64,000 nt of DNA from an uncultured Planctomycetaceae bacterium (GCA_963785305.1 CAWAUV010000008.1:320001-384000); one strand, 5' to 3'; numbered from the stretch's first letter, positions 1 through 11,920 are shown. Notes: generated by a model from the sequence alone, not told the origin. A program made the numbers and translations.

Positions 1-1931
1 GGCTGGACGACGAACGTCGTCGGCGGCTTGAACGGAGCGATGACCAGCCAGTACACGCAAACCGGCAGCTACACCGTCACCGGCGACGGCAAGAACTCGG
101 TCATCGTTCCCCACATCGAGACCAAGCAGACCGAGGGCGACAATTTCGATATCTCGATGGTCAACACGCAGACCAGCGGCGCGGCGACGATCGTTACCGC
201 GGGTTCGAGCCTGTCGACGCATGAATACACGAGCGTCGACAATAATCAGCCCGGCGGGCACACGGGCGGCGCAACCGACCAGTCGAACCGTTCATATAGC
301 AACTCGTTCACCGGCGAGAGCGCGACGTCGATCACCTCGAGCAGCGAGGCCACGAGCAGTTGGACGCCCAAGGGTGGAACCGGGAATTTTACGACCTCGA
401 CAACGACCACGACCTCCTACGACAATGGCCCGCCGAGCTTCACCTCGACGAGCCAGCAACAACAACTCAGCTTCGCCGGCCCCAATGGCGCCGAGAAATT
501 CTTCCAGCAAGCGAGCGGCTTGATCGCGGCGAGCGGCAATGTGCTCGACCAGCCGACGCTGGCGAGCATCCCGCTGCCGCCGGGCGCGTCGATCAACATC
601 GATTCGACGTCGATCACGTTCGGCGCGTCGCCGGCCATTCCGCAACCGTGGACCACCACGGTATACAATGTCGGCGTGGGATTCGCCAGCGGGGCGGCGG
701 GCGGGGTGGCGGGCGCGATTCCCGGGCGCTGGTCGCGTCGGTCGTGACCGGCCCGGCGGGATTTTTCACGGTGCTGACCGCGGGAGCGGTCTCCGGCGGA
801 GTCGCGGGCGCCATCGCCGGTTACTCGGCCAAGAACAGCACGGCGGTGATGCAATCCGCCTACAACAGCGGCCTCGCCGCCGGCTTCGAAACCGGCGTGG
901 CGATGATCTTCACCGGCGCCGGCGCGGCCGTGCAAATCCTGGTCGGCGCCGGCGCCGCCGCCACGACCAACGTGATCGGCCAACTCGCGCATGGCGTGAG
1001 CTTGAACCAACTAAATTACGCGTCGATCGGCTGGTCGGCGCTCCAAGGCGGGGCGTTCGCCGCGGTTGGCAAAGCGGCGATGAACGCCGGATGTAAGCTG
1101 GGCATCACGCCGTTCTGCTTCGCCCCCGACACGCCGATCTCGACCGGACAAGGCTTCTTGCCGATCTCGATCATCGAGCAGTTCCAGGAAGTGTGGGCGT
1201 TCAACTTCCATGCCGAGCGTTGGGAGTTGTGTCCGGTCCTTGAGAAATTCGAGTTCGATTACGTGGGCGACATCGTCCACGCGTCGGTTTATGGGCCAGC
1301 AGGCCATGAGACCATCGACACGACTCCGGGCCACCCATTTTGGGTCATCGAAGGTGAAAGGCTCGACGAACGTCCGCGTGGGGAACACATTCTCGCCATC
1401 ACCGAGGACTCGCCGGTTCCCGGCCGCTGGCTCGACGCCGAACACCTCCGCGAGGGCGACCTGCTGCTGCTCAAGCACTCGAAGCCGCAACGCATAACCT
1501 CGGTGCGCCTGGAGCCCTATGCCGGCAAGGTATACAATCTGCTCGTCGATTCACTGCACACCTACGCCGTCGGATTCCACGGTGCGCTGGTCCATAACGC
1601 ATGTTCGGCGGCGCAGCTGGCGCTGAACAAACTCAACGGCGCTTCGGCTGAAGCAACCGCTTTGCAGTTGTTGAAGGCCGGCGGCAACACGATATTGGGC
1701 ACGGAAGTCCGCGTGCTGACTTCCGCGGGAATCCGGCGAATCGATATATTAATCAGAACCGCTACAAATAAGATAATTGCCGTTGAAGTAAAATCAGGAA
1801 ATACTTCTCGGAGGGCATCGCAACTTTTGAAAGATGGCTTGCTCGCCACGGAGGGGGGCGTTTTCCAAAATCCAGAGCTCAAGAATCGACTCACAGGGCA
1901 GCTTATCACCACCATAGAATGGCTGTTTTAA
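1..1931 (+). CDS. Polymorphic toxin A1, 5' end outside the window: Ser/Thr-rich carrier, Gly/Ala-rich segment, Hint (1116-1598), PD-(D/E)XK nuclease tip; 1-nt frameshift near 724
   Basis: Frame 1 is open from base 1 and joins ORF 360..1931 if CCCGGG at ~721-726 is read as CCCGGGG, as in the copies at ~3490 and ~51205. Hint CFAPDT...LVHN; tip RRIDIL...AVEVKSG. Confidence 0.85.
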
Positions 1932-1935
1932 ACAC

Positions 1936-2616
1936 ATGAATGTCAAGCAGCAACGCAAGATATTTTCCGATGAATTGAAGGCTCGCATGGAAGCACGTGG
2001 CTTCAAAGGAAAGCTTTCCTATGGAGATATCGGGTTTGAGCGGCGTTATCCATGGGGACATGCTTCGTTTTTTGTTCATTTCCTTAAGCGGTACGAGGGT
2101 TTTGGAGCAGAAGCTACTTTGTATATCGGTCTGAATGCCGTAGAAGAAATCGCTCAGAGAGGCAATCCTCGCCTATCTTCGGAAAACTGCAAAGACATTC
2201 CGACGATGGGCGGCAATATAGGTTACCTCGGCGGTGACGACTATATGCAATGGACTGTTAGCTCGGAAGCGGACATTGTTCTTGTCGCCGACGCAATGGT
2301 GGCGATGTTCGACGAAGTAGGGATGCTTTTCATTGAAAAATACCAACATCTCGAAAACGCATTCGAGGTATTTATTAATGACGACCGGAAAAAATTTGTT
2401 CATATCTTCTGTGGACTGGAAGGTAATCGCGCTAAACAAGCAGTTGTCGCTGCCCTGCTCCTCGAGAAAGACCGGGCTTGGATACGCGATTACATCGCCA
2501 ACCGGATCGCGCATCTGAATCCGCCGCCGAATCCCGGCGAACTCACGGAATTCAAAATCTTCTTGAAATCTCTGAATGATCCCGATCTTTTACCCAGCGA
2601 CATTCCGGAAGGTTGA
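1936..2616 (+). CDS. Immunity protein for the A1 nuclease (226 aa)
   Basis: Starts 4 nt after the toxin stop, AT-richer, homologous to 7838, 10635 and 55543 (shared DDPxLLPSxxP end). Confidence 0.8.
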   Translation: MNVKQQRKIFSDELKARMEARGFKGKLSYGDIGFERRYPWGHASFFVHFLKRYEGFGAEATLYIGLNAVEEIAQRGNPRLSSENCKDIPTMGGNIGYLGGDDYMQWTVSSEADIVLVADAMVAMFDEVGMLFIEKYQHLENAFEVFINDDRKKFVHIFCGLEGNRAKQAVVAALLLEKDRAWIRDYIANRIAHLNPPPNPGELTEFKIFLKSLNDPDLLPSDIPEG

Positions 2617-2668
2617 ACCGTCGCGCCCAGAATCGCTCGATAACGCCAACTTCCTGGAATCCCCATCG

Positions 2669-3019
2669 ATGACCTACGATCTGAATTTCTTCAAGGAACA
2701 GCCGGGCGTCGAAATCGACATGCAGGCGGCGTACGAACAATTGTCTCTTGAGAAAGACGTGCCCGGGCTTGCGGAACTGCCCGTCGAACGCATGCTGGCG
2801 CGGATCAAGGAGCTGTATCCCGACGAATGGACGCAATACGGCGATGGCCACTGGGAATCCACCGAGGACGCGCTCGAAGTGATGCTAACCCCCTATTTCC
2901 TCCGCGTCGACTTCCCCGGTCTGGGGCGCGAGGACCTGGAAGCGATGATGGAGCTTGCCCGCGAATTCGACTGCCCGCTGTACGATCCCCAGACCGGCGA
3001 ACGGTTTGAAGTGAAATAA
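2669..3019 (+). CDS. Small acidic protein (116 aa), probable orphan immunity or accessory protein
   Basis: MTYDLNFFKEQ...LYDPQTGERFEVK; four copies, always after the REase immunity gene. Confidence 0.7.
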   Translation: MTYDLNFFKEQPGVEIDMQAAYEQLSLEKDVPGLAELPVERMLARIKELYPDEWTQYGDGHWESTEDALEVMLTPYFLRVDFPGLGREDLEAMMELAREFDCPLYDPQTGERFEVK

Positions 3020-3105
3020 CCCGCCGCCGGCGTAATGGTTCGGCCTGGAGGCAAGCGTGCTAGTCGGCAAACCGCGAGTCTCGCGCCGTCGACAAAAAAG
3101 CATAT

Positions 3106-3202
3106 TCACCACGCCGGACACGACGACGGAAAACCGTTTCCGCGGCGCGTCGTCGAGCCGCGCTTTCTTGCCGTCGTCGCGTCTTCGTGTCCGTCGTGTT
3201 GA
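3106..3202. repeat. REP-like hairpin repeat (CACGxCGGACACGA family)
   Basis: 23-nt arms 3106-3128 and 3180-3202 with 3 mismatches; related copies at 9026, 11823, 16484, 27996, 56716. Confidence 0.8.
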
Positions 3203-3217
3203 CACTTCTTCGCTCTC

Positions 3218-4728
3218 TTGTCCCACGTCGAGACCAAGCGGACCGGCCCCAACGGCGCCGAGAAATTCTTCCAGCAAGCGAGCGGCTTGATCGCGGCGAG
3301 CGGCAATGTGCTCGACCAGCCGACGCTGGCGAGCATCCCGCTGCCGCCGGGCGCGTCGATCAACATCGATTCGACGTCGATCACGTTCGGCGCGTCGCCG
3401 GCCATTCCGCAACCGTGGACCACCACGGTATACAATGTCGGCGTGGGATTCGCCAGCGGGGCGGCGGGCGGGGTGGCGGGCGCGATTCCCGGGGCGCTGG
3501 TCGCGTCGGTCGTGACCGGCCCGGCGGGATTTTTCACGGTGCTGACCGCGGGAGCGGTCTCCGGCGGAGTCGCGGGCGCCATCGCCGGTTACTCGGCCAA
3601 GAACAGCACGGCGGTGATGCAATCCGCCTACAACAGCGGCCTCGCCGCCGGCTTCGAGACCGGCGTGGCGATGATCTTCACCGGCGCGGCGCGGCCGTGC
3701 AAATCCTGGTCGGCGCGGGCGCCGCCGCCACGACGAACGTGATCGGCCAACTCGCGCATGGCGTGAGCTTGAACCAACTAAATTACGCGTCGATCGGCTG
3801 GTCGGCCTTGCAAGGCGGCGCGTTCGCCGCTGTCGGCAAAGCGGCGATGTACGTTGGCTGCCGACTCGGCGTCGCGCCATTCTGCTTCGCCCCCGACACG
3901 CCGATTTCGACCGGTCAAGGCTTCCTGCCGATCTCGATCATCGAGCAGTTCCAGGAAGTGTGGGCGTTCGACCTGCACGCCGAGCGATGGGAGCTCAAGC
4001 CAGTCTTGGAGACGTTCGCCTTCGATTACGAAGGCGACATGGCGCATGTTTCGCTCGTTGGACCGGCCGGTGAGGAAACGATTAAGGCGACGCCGGGCCA
4101 TCCGTTTTGGGTCATCGAGGGCGAAGGGCTCGATCGAGCGCCGCGCGGCCAGCACATTCAGGCGATCGAATCGGACTTGGAAGGCTCGCCGGTCCCCGGC
4201 CGCTGGGTCGACGCGGGCGATCTACGCGCCGGCGACGTGCTCTTGCTCAAGAATTCGCCGCCGCTGCGCGTGGAGCGCGTTTGGCTGGAGCCGTACGTCG
4301 GCAAAGTGTACAATTTCTTCGTCGGCGAGTCGCACAACTACGCCGTCGGCTTCCACGCGGCGCTCGTGCATAACGCGTGCAATTCGGCGCAGCTTGGGAA
4401 GAATCTCATCGCGGCGGGCTACCCTAAACCGGGCCTGGGTTGGCAGGCGGCGCATATTGTTCCCATCGGGGCTTTCAGCAACCGGACGCCGGAAGTACAA
4501 GCTGCGATCAAGCTCGCGCAGGCGAAAGTCAGCCAATATCTCGCGAGTTCGGGTGGTCTCAACTCCGCCGCCAACGGTTTCTGGTCGTTTGCCGGCCACG
4601 CCGGAACTCACACGGACAAGTATTTTCTTTCGCTAGGCCGAGCGTTCGAAGGTATTAACAACACGAAGGGAGCGCTAAGTGTCCTTTCGTCGCTATGGTC
4701 TCAAATCGAGGCGGGGGCGTTTCTATGA
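3218..4728 (+). pseudogene. Orphan toxin cassette A2: carrier A stub, Hint (3883-4374), AHH-type HNH nuclease tip; frameshift near 3688
   Basis: ORFs 3218..3742 and 3187..4728 join; tip WQAAHIVP...NSAANG...HAGTHTDKY. Confidence 0.8.
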
Positions 4729-5819
4729 GTGGAGCCGATGTTGCGGAAATTTTTAACTTACAAAAAGTTCTTGATGATCCACGATTCGAGGGTTTCGGAC
4801 TCGACACGTTGCCGTCGTTGTTGGGAAGAGAAAATATAAATGACGACATGTACCCGGCATATCGTCATTCCGAAGTGGGGCGGAACTGGCGCCCCGTGCG
4901 TCTAGCGAAATTGTGGCTGCCGCCGCAGGTCGAGGGACGCGTGCAGCCATTTAACGACTGCCCGTGTGTAAATTTGAGTTATCCGGCCTTCAGTCGCCGC
5001 GCGTGCGACGCGTTGCGCGACTTGCTCGAGCCGAACGGCGAGCTGCTGCCGCTCGATTCGGATGCGGGCGAATACTATTTCTACAACATCACCACGGTGA
5101 TCGACGCCTTGGATCTCAAGAAATCGAAAGGCGCGTTCTTCGATTCGGGTATCGCAATCGGCGACTTGATGGATTATTTCTGGTTCCATCCCGCGAAGCT
5201 CGCGGGCGCGACTATTTTTCGAGTTCCCGATGTGCCTGCCTGCGCGCTGGTCACGCGGACATTCATCGATCGGGTGCATGAGGCCGGACTGAACGGCTTC
5301 GACTTCATCAAGCTGTGGCCGCTTCCCAAGGGATCGAACTGGCGCATCGAAGACAAAAAGCTGAAGAAGAAACAGTTCTCGATCCGCAAGGAGATGAAGG
5401 CACAAACGCTGGTCGTGGCGTTCGCGCTTTCGGGCAAGAAGCCGAGCGCGGCCGAAAAGAAATCGTTGGCCAAGCTCGAGGACGATCTCGACGCGCAGCT
5501 TGCCGTCCGTTCGCTCGACGCGCCGTTTTTCGGCGTGTACGAAGGTCATGAGATTCAAGAAGGCGAATACCGGATGTTCCTGCGCTGCCCCGATGCCGAT
5601 GCACTGGCCGCGAAGCTGCTCCCATGGCTGCAATCGATTGTTTGGAGTAGCGAAGTGCATGCGATGAAACGCTACGGCGACATGCGTGATCCCAACGCGA
5701 GGGAGAAAATTCTCGATTTGAGCCGTGCCCCGGCGGCGCCCCAGAAGAAGGCCTCGCGTGCTCCGGCCAAGAAAGCGCCGCATAAAACAGCGAAACGCCC
5801 GCGCCGGCCCAAGGACTGA
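4725..5819 (+). CDS. Immunity protein, Imm11/DUF1629-like N-domain plus second domain and Lys/Ala/Pro-rich tail (364 aa)
   Basis: ATGA overlap with the toxin stop; motifs FSRRACDAL..LL..NGELLPL, YYFYNIT.VIDALD, IFRVP, LVTRTF...GLNGFDF. Confidence 0.75.
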   Translation: MSGADVAEIFNLQKVLDDPRFEGFGLDTLPSLLGRENINDDMYPAYRHSEVGRNWRPVRLAKLWLPPQVEGRVQPFNDCPCVNLSYPAFSRRACDALRDLLEPNGELLPLDSDAGEYYFYNITTVIDALDLKKSKGAFFDSGIAIGDLMDYFWFHPAKLAGATIFRVPDVPACALVTRTFIDRVHEAGLNGFDFIKLWPLPKGSNWRIEDKKLKKKQFSIRKEMKAQTLVVAFALSGKKPSAAEKKSLAKLEDDLDAQLAVRSLDAPFFGVYEGHEIQEGEYRMFLRCPDADALAAKLLPWLQSIVWSSEVHAMKRYGDMRDPNAREKILDLSRAPAAPQKKASRAPAKKAPHKTAKRPRRPKD

Positions 5820-5864
5820 GTCTTTCGTTTCAGCAACAAATTTTACATCGAAAGCGAGCGCCCC

Positions 5865-6380
5865 ATGGCGAAACAAGCTTCGAACAGCGGCGGCGCGAAC
5901 ATCACCGATCGGCCATTGGACGCCGAGACACTTCGGCTCATCAAAGCGAGCGCCGACGAAGGCGCCCAATGGCGCGGCATCGACCTCGCGGCCTCGACGC
6001 CCGCGGAGATCGTGGCCGCGATCGACGAAGCGGTGTATGAACTGCAAAAAGCCTCTGGCGCTCCGCTGCCCTATGAAGGCGATCCGGCGATCAGTCTCGG
6101 CAGCCTGTGGGGCGAGCAACTCATCCGCGAATTCGGCTGGGAGTGGGCTTCGGTGCATTTCGGCGCCGACGGCACGAAATCGATCGGCGTCGTCTCCGCC
6201 AACCGGTCTCTCGCGATCTATCCACTGTATTTCGCGCGGGCTTGCCTCGACGGCGAGGCGGCGGTGACGATCGCGCTGGCCTTCAACATGCTGAAAGACG
6301 GAAAACGAATCCCCAAGCTTCCGCCGCGCGGCTACGCCGAAGTGATGAGTTGCGTGCGTCCCATCGTGCCACGCGGCTGA
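5865..6380 (+). CDS. Orphan immunity-like protein, DUF3806-like (171 aa)
   Basis: LGSLWGEQLIREFGWEW motif; paralog at 53583. Confidence 0.6.
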   Translation: MAKQASNSGGANITDRPLDAETLRLIKASADEGAQWRGIDLAASTPAEIVAAIDEAVYELQKASGAPLPYEGDPAISLGSLWGEQLIREFGWEWASVHFGADGTKSIGVVSANRSLAIYPLYFARACLDGEAAVTIALAFNMLKDGKRIPKLPPRGYAEVMSCVRPIVPRG

Positions 6381-6932
6381 TCCGCCGGTTTCGCGACCTG
6401 GGGCACGAGCCTCCACACCGAAAACGGCCAATGGCAGCTCGTCAACGGCCAGACGCTTTCCTCGAGCGCTACCTTCGGCGAGAACGACGGCAAGGACGTC
6501 GCCTCCAGCGCCCCCGTCAGTTTCTCGACCAGAGGTGGCGTCGAGGAGGGTTCCGGCGGGAGCCGGCTTCGATCACGACCAACGATTATTATTCCGATCA
6601 CATCAGCTACTCCGCCGCCGGCATCACCGCGTTCCGCTCCGCGCCCGACACGCCGATCTCGACCGGACAAGGCTTCCTGCCGATCTCGATCATCGAGCAG
6701 TTCCAGGAAGTCTGGGCGTTCAATCTTCATGCCGAGCGGTGGGAGCTCAAGCCGGTCTTGGAGACGTTCGCCTTCGACTACGTGGGCGACATGGCGCATG
6801 TTTCGCTCGTCGGCCCGGCAGGCGAGGAAACCATTAAGGCGACGCCGGGGCATCCGTATTGGGTGATCGAGGGCGAAGGGCTCGATGAGCGTCCGCGCGG
6901 CCAGCACATCCAGGCGATCGAATCGGACTTGG
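6381..6932 (+). pseudogene. Scrap of a Ser/Thr-rich carrier plus a truncated Hint domain (~6642-6932)
   Basis: APDTPISTGQG...IESDLEG jumps back to GGAFAAVGK at a GAAGGC microhomology; repeated at 54099-54650. Confidence 0.7.
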
Positions 6933-7831
6933 AAGGCGGCGCATTCGCCGCTGTCGGCAAAGCGGCGATGTACGCCGGCTGTAAGCTGGGCATCACGCCG
7001 TTCTGCTTCGCCCCCGACACGCCGATCTCGACCGGCCAAGGCTTCCTACCGATCTCGATCATCGAGCAGTTCCAGGAAGTCTGGGCGTTCGATCTGCACG
7101 CCGAGCGGTGGGAATTCAAGCCGGTCTTGGAGACGTTCGCCTTCGACTACGAAGGCGACATGGCGCATGTTTCGCTCGTTGGACCGGCCGGTGAGGAAAC
7201 GATTCGCGCCACGCCGGGGCATCCGTATTGGGTGATCGAGGGCGAAGGGCTCGATGAGCGGCCCAAGGGCGAGCACATTCAGGCGATCGAATCGGACTTG
7301 GAAGGCTCGCCGGTCCCCGGCCGCTGGGTGGATGCGGGCGACTTGCGCGCCGGCGACGTGCTCTTGCTCAAGAATTCGCCGCCGCTGCGCGTGGAGCGCG
7401 TCTGGCTGGAGCCGTACGCCGGCAAGGTGTACAACTTCTTCGTCGGCGATCTGCACACGTATGCCGTCGGCTTCCACGCGGCGCTCGTGCATAATACGTG
7501 CTCGGCCGCTCAGTTGGCGCTGAACAGAGCAAACGGAAAGGCGGCCGAAGCGACCGCCTTGCAACTGCTGAAGGCCGGCGGCAACACGATATTGGGCACG
7601 GAAATCCGCGTGCTGACTTCGGCGGGGGTTCGACGGATCGATATTTTGGCAAAAACCGCGGCGGGTAAAATCTTCGCCATCGAGGTCAAGTCGGGCAACG
7701 CCCGGTATCTCGCCGCGCAGCAAATAAAAGACAAATTGATCGCCGCGGGCGGTGGAACGTTTTCAAAGGATCTCGAAGCAGTCGGCGTGATCGCGGGCGC
7801 CAATATTCCAACCTTTTTGTGGAGGTTCTAG
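6933..7831 (+). CDS. Orphan toxin cassette A3: Hint (7004-7495) plus PD-(D/E)XK nuclease tip, no native start
   Basis: 3' part of ORF 6107..7831; HNTC..RRIDIL...AIEVKSG. Confidence 0.8.
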
Positions 7832-7837
7832 GTTGTA

Positions 7838-8524
7838 ATGAATTACAAGCAGCTGAAAAAAGAGTTTTGGCGAGCGGCGCGCGAGATGTTCGCGCCGCTC
7901 GGCTATGAACCGCTGAAAGGCGATGACGAGCATTTGAAGAAATATTATCCTTGGGGTTTTTCATGGCTCTGGTTCAATTTCTCGAAACATTTCGACTGTT
8001 TCATTGTGACCTTGTATCAGTTCATACGAATCGACGCGATCGAAGAAATCGCACTCAGGAATGACACGGATTGGTCTGAAGAACGAAGGCCCGAGATATT
8101 TTCCATGGGTTGCAACCTCGGCCATCTATCGGATCCGCGCGGGCCGACGAATGAACTTTTACGTTGGGAAGTTTCCGGCGACGAAGACATCCCTCGCGTG
8201 GTGGCTGACATCGTGCGGCAATTCGAATCGCTTGCCGTGCCTTATATCGAGAAATACCACGATCCACGAAACGCGCTGGAGCTTTTCTTGGACGATAGCC
8301 CGAACGCCTGGTTTCTGCGAACCGGCACGGATTGCAGCCGGGCGAAACAAGTGGTCGCGACGGCGCTGGTGGTGAAGAAAGACAAAGCCTGGATCAAGGC
8401 GTACATCGAGCGGATCATCCCCTATCTCGCGACGCGGCAGGATGGCAACATCCCCCGGTTCATGAATTTTCTCGCCTCGCTCGACGATCCCGAGCTGTTG
8501 CCGAGCGAGATTCCGAAAGTTTGA
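7838..8524 (+). CDS. Immunity protein for A3 (228 aa)
   Basis: Adjacent to the toxin stop; distant paralog of 1936..2616. Confidence 0.8.
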   Translation: MNYKQLKKEFWRAAREMFAPLGYEPLKGDDEHLKKYYPWGFSWLWFNFSKHFDCFIVTLYQFIRIDAIEEIALRNDTDWSEERRPEIFSMGCNLGHLSDPRGPTNELLRWEVSGDEDIPRVVADIVRQFESLAVPYIEKYHDPRNALELFLDDSPNAWFLRTGTDCSRAKQVVATALVVKKDKAWIKAYIERIIPYLATRQDGNIPRFMNFLASLDDPELLPSEIPKV

Positions 8525-8588
8525 TCCGGCGTGGCCATGCCGTATCGAACGCCGATCACTGATATCAACACATGGGAGTTCCCGATCC

Positions 8589-8939
8589 ATGACCTACGAC
8601 CTGAATTTCTTCAAGGAACAGCCCGGCGTCGAAATCGACGCGCTGGCGGTGTATGAGCAATTATGCGATGAGCATGAAGTGCCCGGCCTCGTGGAACTGC
8701 CGGTCGAACGCATGCTGGCGCGGATCAAGGAGATGTATCCCGACGAGTGGACGCAATACGACGACGGGCATTGGGAATCATCGGAAGACGTGATCGAAGT
8801 CACGTCGCGGCCCTGTTTCCTGCGCGTCGACTTCCCCGCCCTGGGGCGCGAGGACCTGGAAGCGATGATGGAGCTCGCCCGCGAGTTCGACTGCCCGCTG
8901 TACGATCCCCAGACCGGCGAACGGTTTGAAGTGAAATAA
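8589..8939 (+). CDS. Small acidic YDPQ protein, copy 2
   Basis: Paralog of 2669..3019; GGAG upstream. Confidence 0.7.
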   Translation: MTYDLNFFKEQPGVEIDALAVYEQLCDEHEVPGLVELPVERMLARIKEMYPDEWTQYDDGHWESSEDVIEVTSRPCFLRVDFPALGREDLEAMMELAREFDCPLYDPQTGERFEVK

Positions 8940-9025
8940 CCCGTCGCCGGCGTAATGGTTCGGCCTGGAGGCAAGCGTGCTAGTCGGCAAACCGCGAGTC
9001 TCGCGCCGTCGACAAAAAAGCATAT

Positions 9026-9123
9026 TCACCACGCCGGACACGACGACGGAAAACCGTTTCCGCGGCGCGTCGTCGAGCCCGCGCTTTCTTGCCGTCGTCG
9101 CGTCTTCGTGTCCGTCGTGTTGA
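9026..9123. repeat. REP-like hairpin repeat
   Basis: Copy of 3106-3202. Confidence 0.8.
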
Positions 9124-9138
9124 CACTTCTTCGCTCTC

Positions 9139-10628
9139 TTGTCCCACGTCGAGACCAAGCGGACCGGCCCCAACGGCGCCGAGAAATTCTTCCAGCAAGC
9201 GAGCGGCTTGATCGCGGCGAGCGGCAATGTGCTCGACCAGCCGACGCTGGCGAGCATCCCGCTGCCGCCGGGCGCGTCGATCAACATCGATTCGACGTCG
9301 ATCACTTTCGGCGCGTCGCCGGCCATTCCGCAACCGTGGACCACCACGGTATACAATGTCGGCGTGGGATTCGCCAGCGGGGCGGCGGGCGGGGTGGCGG
9401 GCGCGATTCCCGGGCGCTGGTCGCGTCGGTCGTGACCGGCCCGGCGGGATTTTTCACGGTGCTGACCGCGGGAGCGGTCTCCGGCGGAGTCGCGGGCGCC
9501 ATCGCCGGTTACTCGGCCAAGAACAGCACGGCGGTGATGCAATCCGCCTACAACAGCGGCCTCGCCGCCGGCTTCGAGACCGGCGTGGCGATGATCTTCA
9601 CCGGCGCGGCGCGGCCGTGCAAATCCTGGTCGGCGCCGGCGCCGCCGCCACGACGAACGTGATCGGCCAACTCGCGCATGGCGTGAGCTTGAACCAACTA
9701 AATTACGCGTCGATCGGCTGGTCGGCCTTGCAAGGCGGCGCGTTCGCCGCTGTCGGCAAAGCGGCGATGTACGTTGGCTGCCGACTCGGCGTCGCGCCAT
9801 TCTGCTTCGCCCCCGACACGCCGATCTCGACCGGCCAAGGCTTCCTACCGATCTCGATCATCGAGCAGTTCCAGGAAGTCTGGGCGTTCGATCTGCACGC
9901 CGAGCGGTGGGAATTCAAGCCGGTCTTGGAGACGTTCGCCTTCGACTACGAAGGCGACATGGCGCATGTTTCGCTCGTTGGACCGGCCGGTGAGGAAACG
10001 ATTCGCGCCACGCCGGGGCATCCGTATTGGGTGATCGAGGGCGAAGGGCTCGATGAGCGGCCCAAGGGCGAGCACATTCAGGCGATCGAATCGGACTTGG
10101 AAGGCTCGCCGGTCCCCGGCCGCTGGGTGGATGCGGGCGACTTGCGCCGGCGACGTGCTCTTGCTCAAGAATTCGCCGCCGCTGCGCGTGGAGCGCGTCT
10201 GGCTGGAGCCGTACGCCGGCAAGGTGTACAACTTCTTCGTCGGCGATCTGCACACGTATGCCGTCGGCTTCCACGCGGCGCTCGTGCATAATACGTGCTC
10301 GGCCGCTCAGTTGGCGCTGAACAGAGCAAACGGAAAGGCGGCCGAAGCGACCGCCTTGCAACTGCTGAAGGCCGGCGGCAACACGATATTGGGCACGGAA
10401 ATCCGCGTGCTGACTTCGGCGGGGGTTCGACGGATCGATATTTTGGCAAAAACCGCGGCGGGTAAAATCTTCGCCATCGAGGTCAAGTCGGGCAACGCCC
10501 GGTATCTCGCCGCGCAGCAAATAAAAGACAAATTGATCGCCGCGGGCGGTGGAACGTTTTCAAAGGATCTCGAAGCAGTCGGCGTGATCGCGGGCGCCAA
10601 TATTCCAACCTTTTTGTGGAGGTTCTAG
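9139..10628 (+). pseudogene. Orphan toxin cassette A4 (tip identical to A3); frameshifts near 9413, 9607 and 10146
   Basis: Pieces in ORFs 9139..9435, 8955..9662, 9227..10291 and 10053..10628. Confidence 0.8.
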
Positions 10629-10634
10629 GTTGTA

Positions 10635-11321
10635 ATGAATTACAAGCAGCTGAAAAAAGAGTTTTGGCGAGCGGCGCGCGAGATGTTCGCGCCGCTCGGC
10701 TATGAACCGCTGAAAGGCGATGACGAGCATTTGAAGAAATATTATCCTTGGGGTTTTTCATGGCTCTGGTTCAATTTCTCGAAACATTTCGACTGTTTCA
10801 TTGTGACCTTGTATCAGTTCATACGAATCGACGCGATCGAAGAAATCGCACTCAGGAATGACACGGATTGGTCTGAAGAACGAAGGCCCGAGATATTTTC
10901 CATGGGTTGCAACCTCGGCCATCTATCGGATCCGCGCGGGCCGACGAATGAACTTTTACGTTGGGAAGTTTCCGGCGACGAAGACATCCCTCGCGTGGTG
11001 GCTGACATCGTGCGGCAATTCGAATCGCTTGCCGTGCCTTATATCGAGAAATACCACGATCCACGAAACGCGCTGGAGCTTTTCTTGGACGATAGCCCGA
11101 ACGCCTGGTTTCTGCGAACCGGCACGGATTGCAGCCGGGCGAAACAAGTGGTCGCGACGGCGCTGGTGGTGAAGAAAGACAAAGCCTGGATCAAGGCGTA
11201 CATCGAGCGGATCATCCCCTATCTCGCGACGCGGCAGGATGGCAACATCCCCCGGTTCATGAATTTTCTCGCCTCGCTCGACGATCCCGAGCTGTTGCCG
11301 AGCGAGATTCCGAAAGTTTGA
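10635..11321 (+). CDS. Immunity protein, identical to 7838..8524
   Basis: Identical translation. Confidence 0.8.
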   Translation: MNYKQLKKEFWRAAREMFAPLGYEPLKGDDEHLKKYYPWGFSWLWFNFSKHFDCFIVTLYQFIRIDAIEEIALRNDTDWSEERRPEIFSMGCNLGHLSDPRGPTNELLRWEVSGDEDIPRVVADIVRQFESLAVPYIEKYHDPRNALELFLDDSPNAWFLRTGTDCSRAKQVVATALVVKKDKAWIKAYIERIIPYLATRQDGNIPRFMNFLASLDDPELLPSEIPKV

Positions 11322-11385
11322 TCCGGCGTGGCCATGCCGTATCGAACGCCGATCACTGATATCAACACATGGGAGTTCCCGATCC

Positions 11386-11736
11386 ATGACCTACGACCTG
11401 AATTTCTTCAAGGAACAGCCCGGCGTCGAAATCGACGCGCTGGCGGTGTATGAGCAATTATGCGATGAGCATGAAGTGCCCGGCCTCGTGGAACTGCCGG
11501 TCGAACGCATGCTGGCGCGGATCAAGGAGATGTATCCCGACGAGTGGACGCAATACGACGGCGGGCATTGGGAATCATCGGAAGACGTGATCGAAGTCAC
11601 GTCGCGGCCCTGTTTCCTGCGCGTCGACTTCCCCGCCCTGGGGCGCGAGGACCTGGAAGCGATGATGGAGCTCGCCCGCGAGTTCGACTGCCCGCTGTAC
11701 GATCCCCAGACCGGCGAACGGTTTGAAGTGAAATAA
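11386..11736 (+). CDS. Small acidic YDPQ protein, copy 3
   Basis: One residue different from 8589..8939. Confidence 0.7.
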   Translation: MTYDLNFFKEQPGVEIDALAVYEQLCDEHEVPGLVELPVERMLARIKEMYPDEWTQYDGGHWESSEDVIEVTSRPCFLRVDFPALGREDLEAMMELAREFDCPLYDPQTGERFEVK

Positions 11737-11822
11737 CCCGTCGCCGGCGTAATGGTTCGGCCTGGAGGCAAGCGTGCTAGTCGGCAAACCGCGAGTCTCG
11801 CGCCGTCGACAAAAAAGCATAT

Positions 11823-11920
11823 TCACCACGCCGGACACGACGACGGAAAACCGTTTCCGCGGCGCGTCGTCGAGCCCGCGCTTTCTTGCCGTCGTCGCGT
11901 CTTCGTGTCCGTCGTGTTGA
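11823..11920. repeat. REP-like hairpin repeat
   Basis: Copy of 3106-3202. Confidence 0.8.

Noticed and set aside
6107..6932. N-terminal extensions of ORFs 6107..7831, 53861..55240, 3187..4728, 56645..58051 and 16528..18399 as real protein
   Set aside because: They overlap other genes or hairpins in the wrong frame and are Arg-rich read-through.
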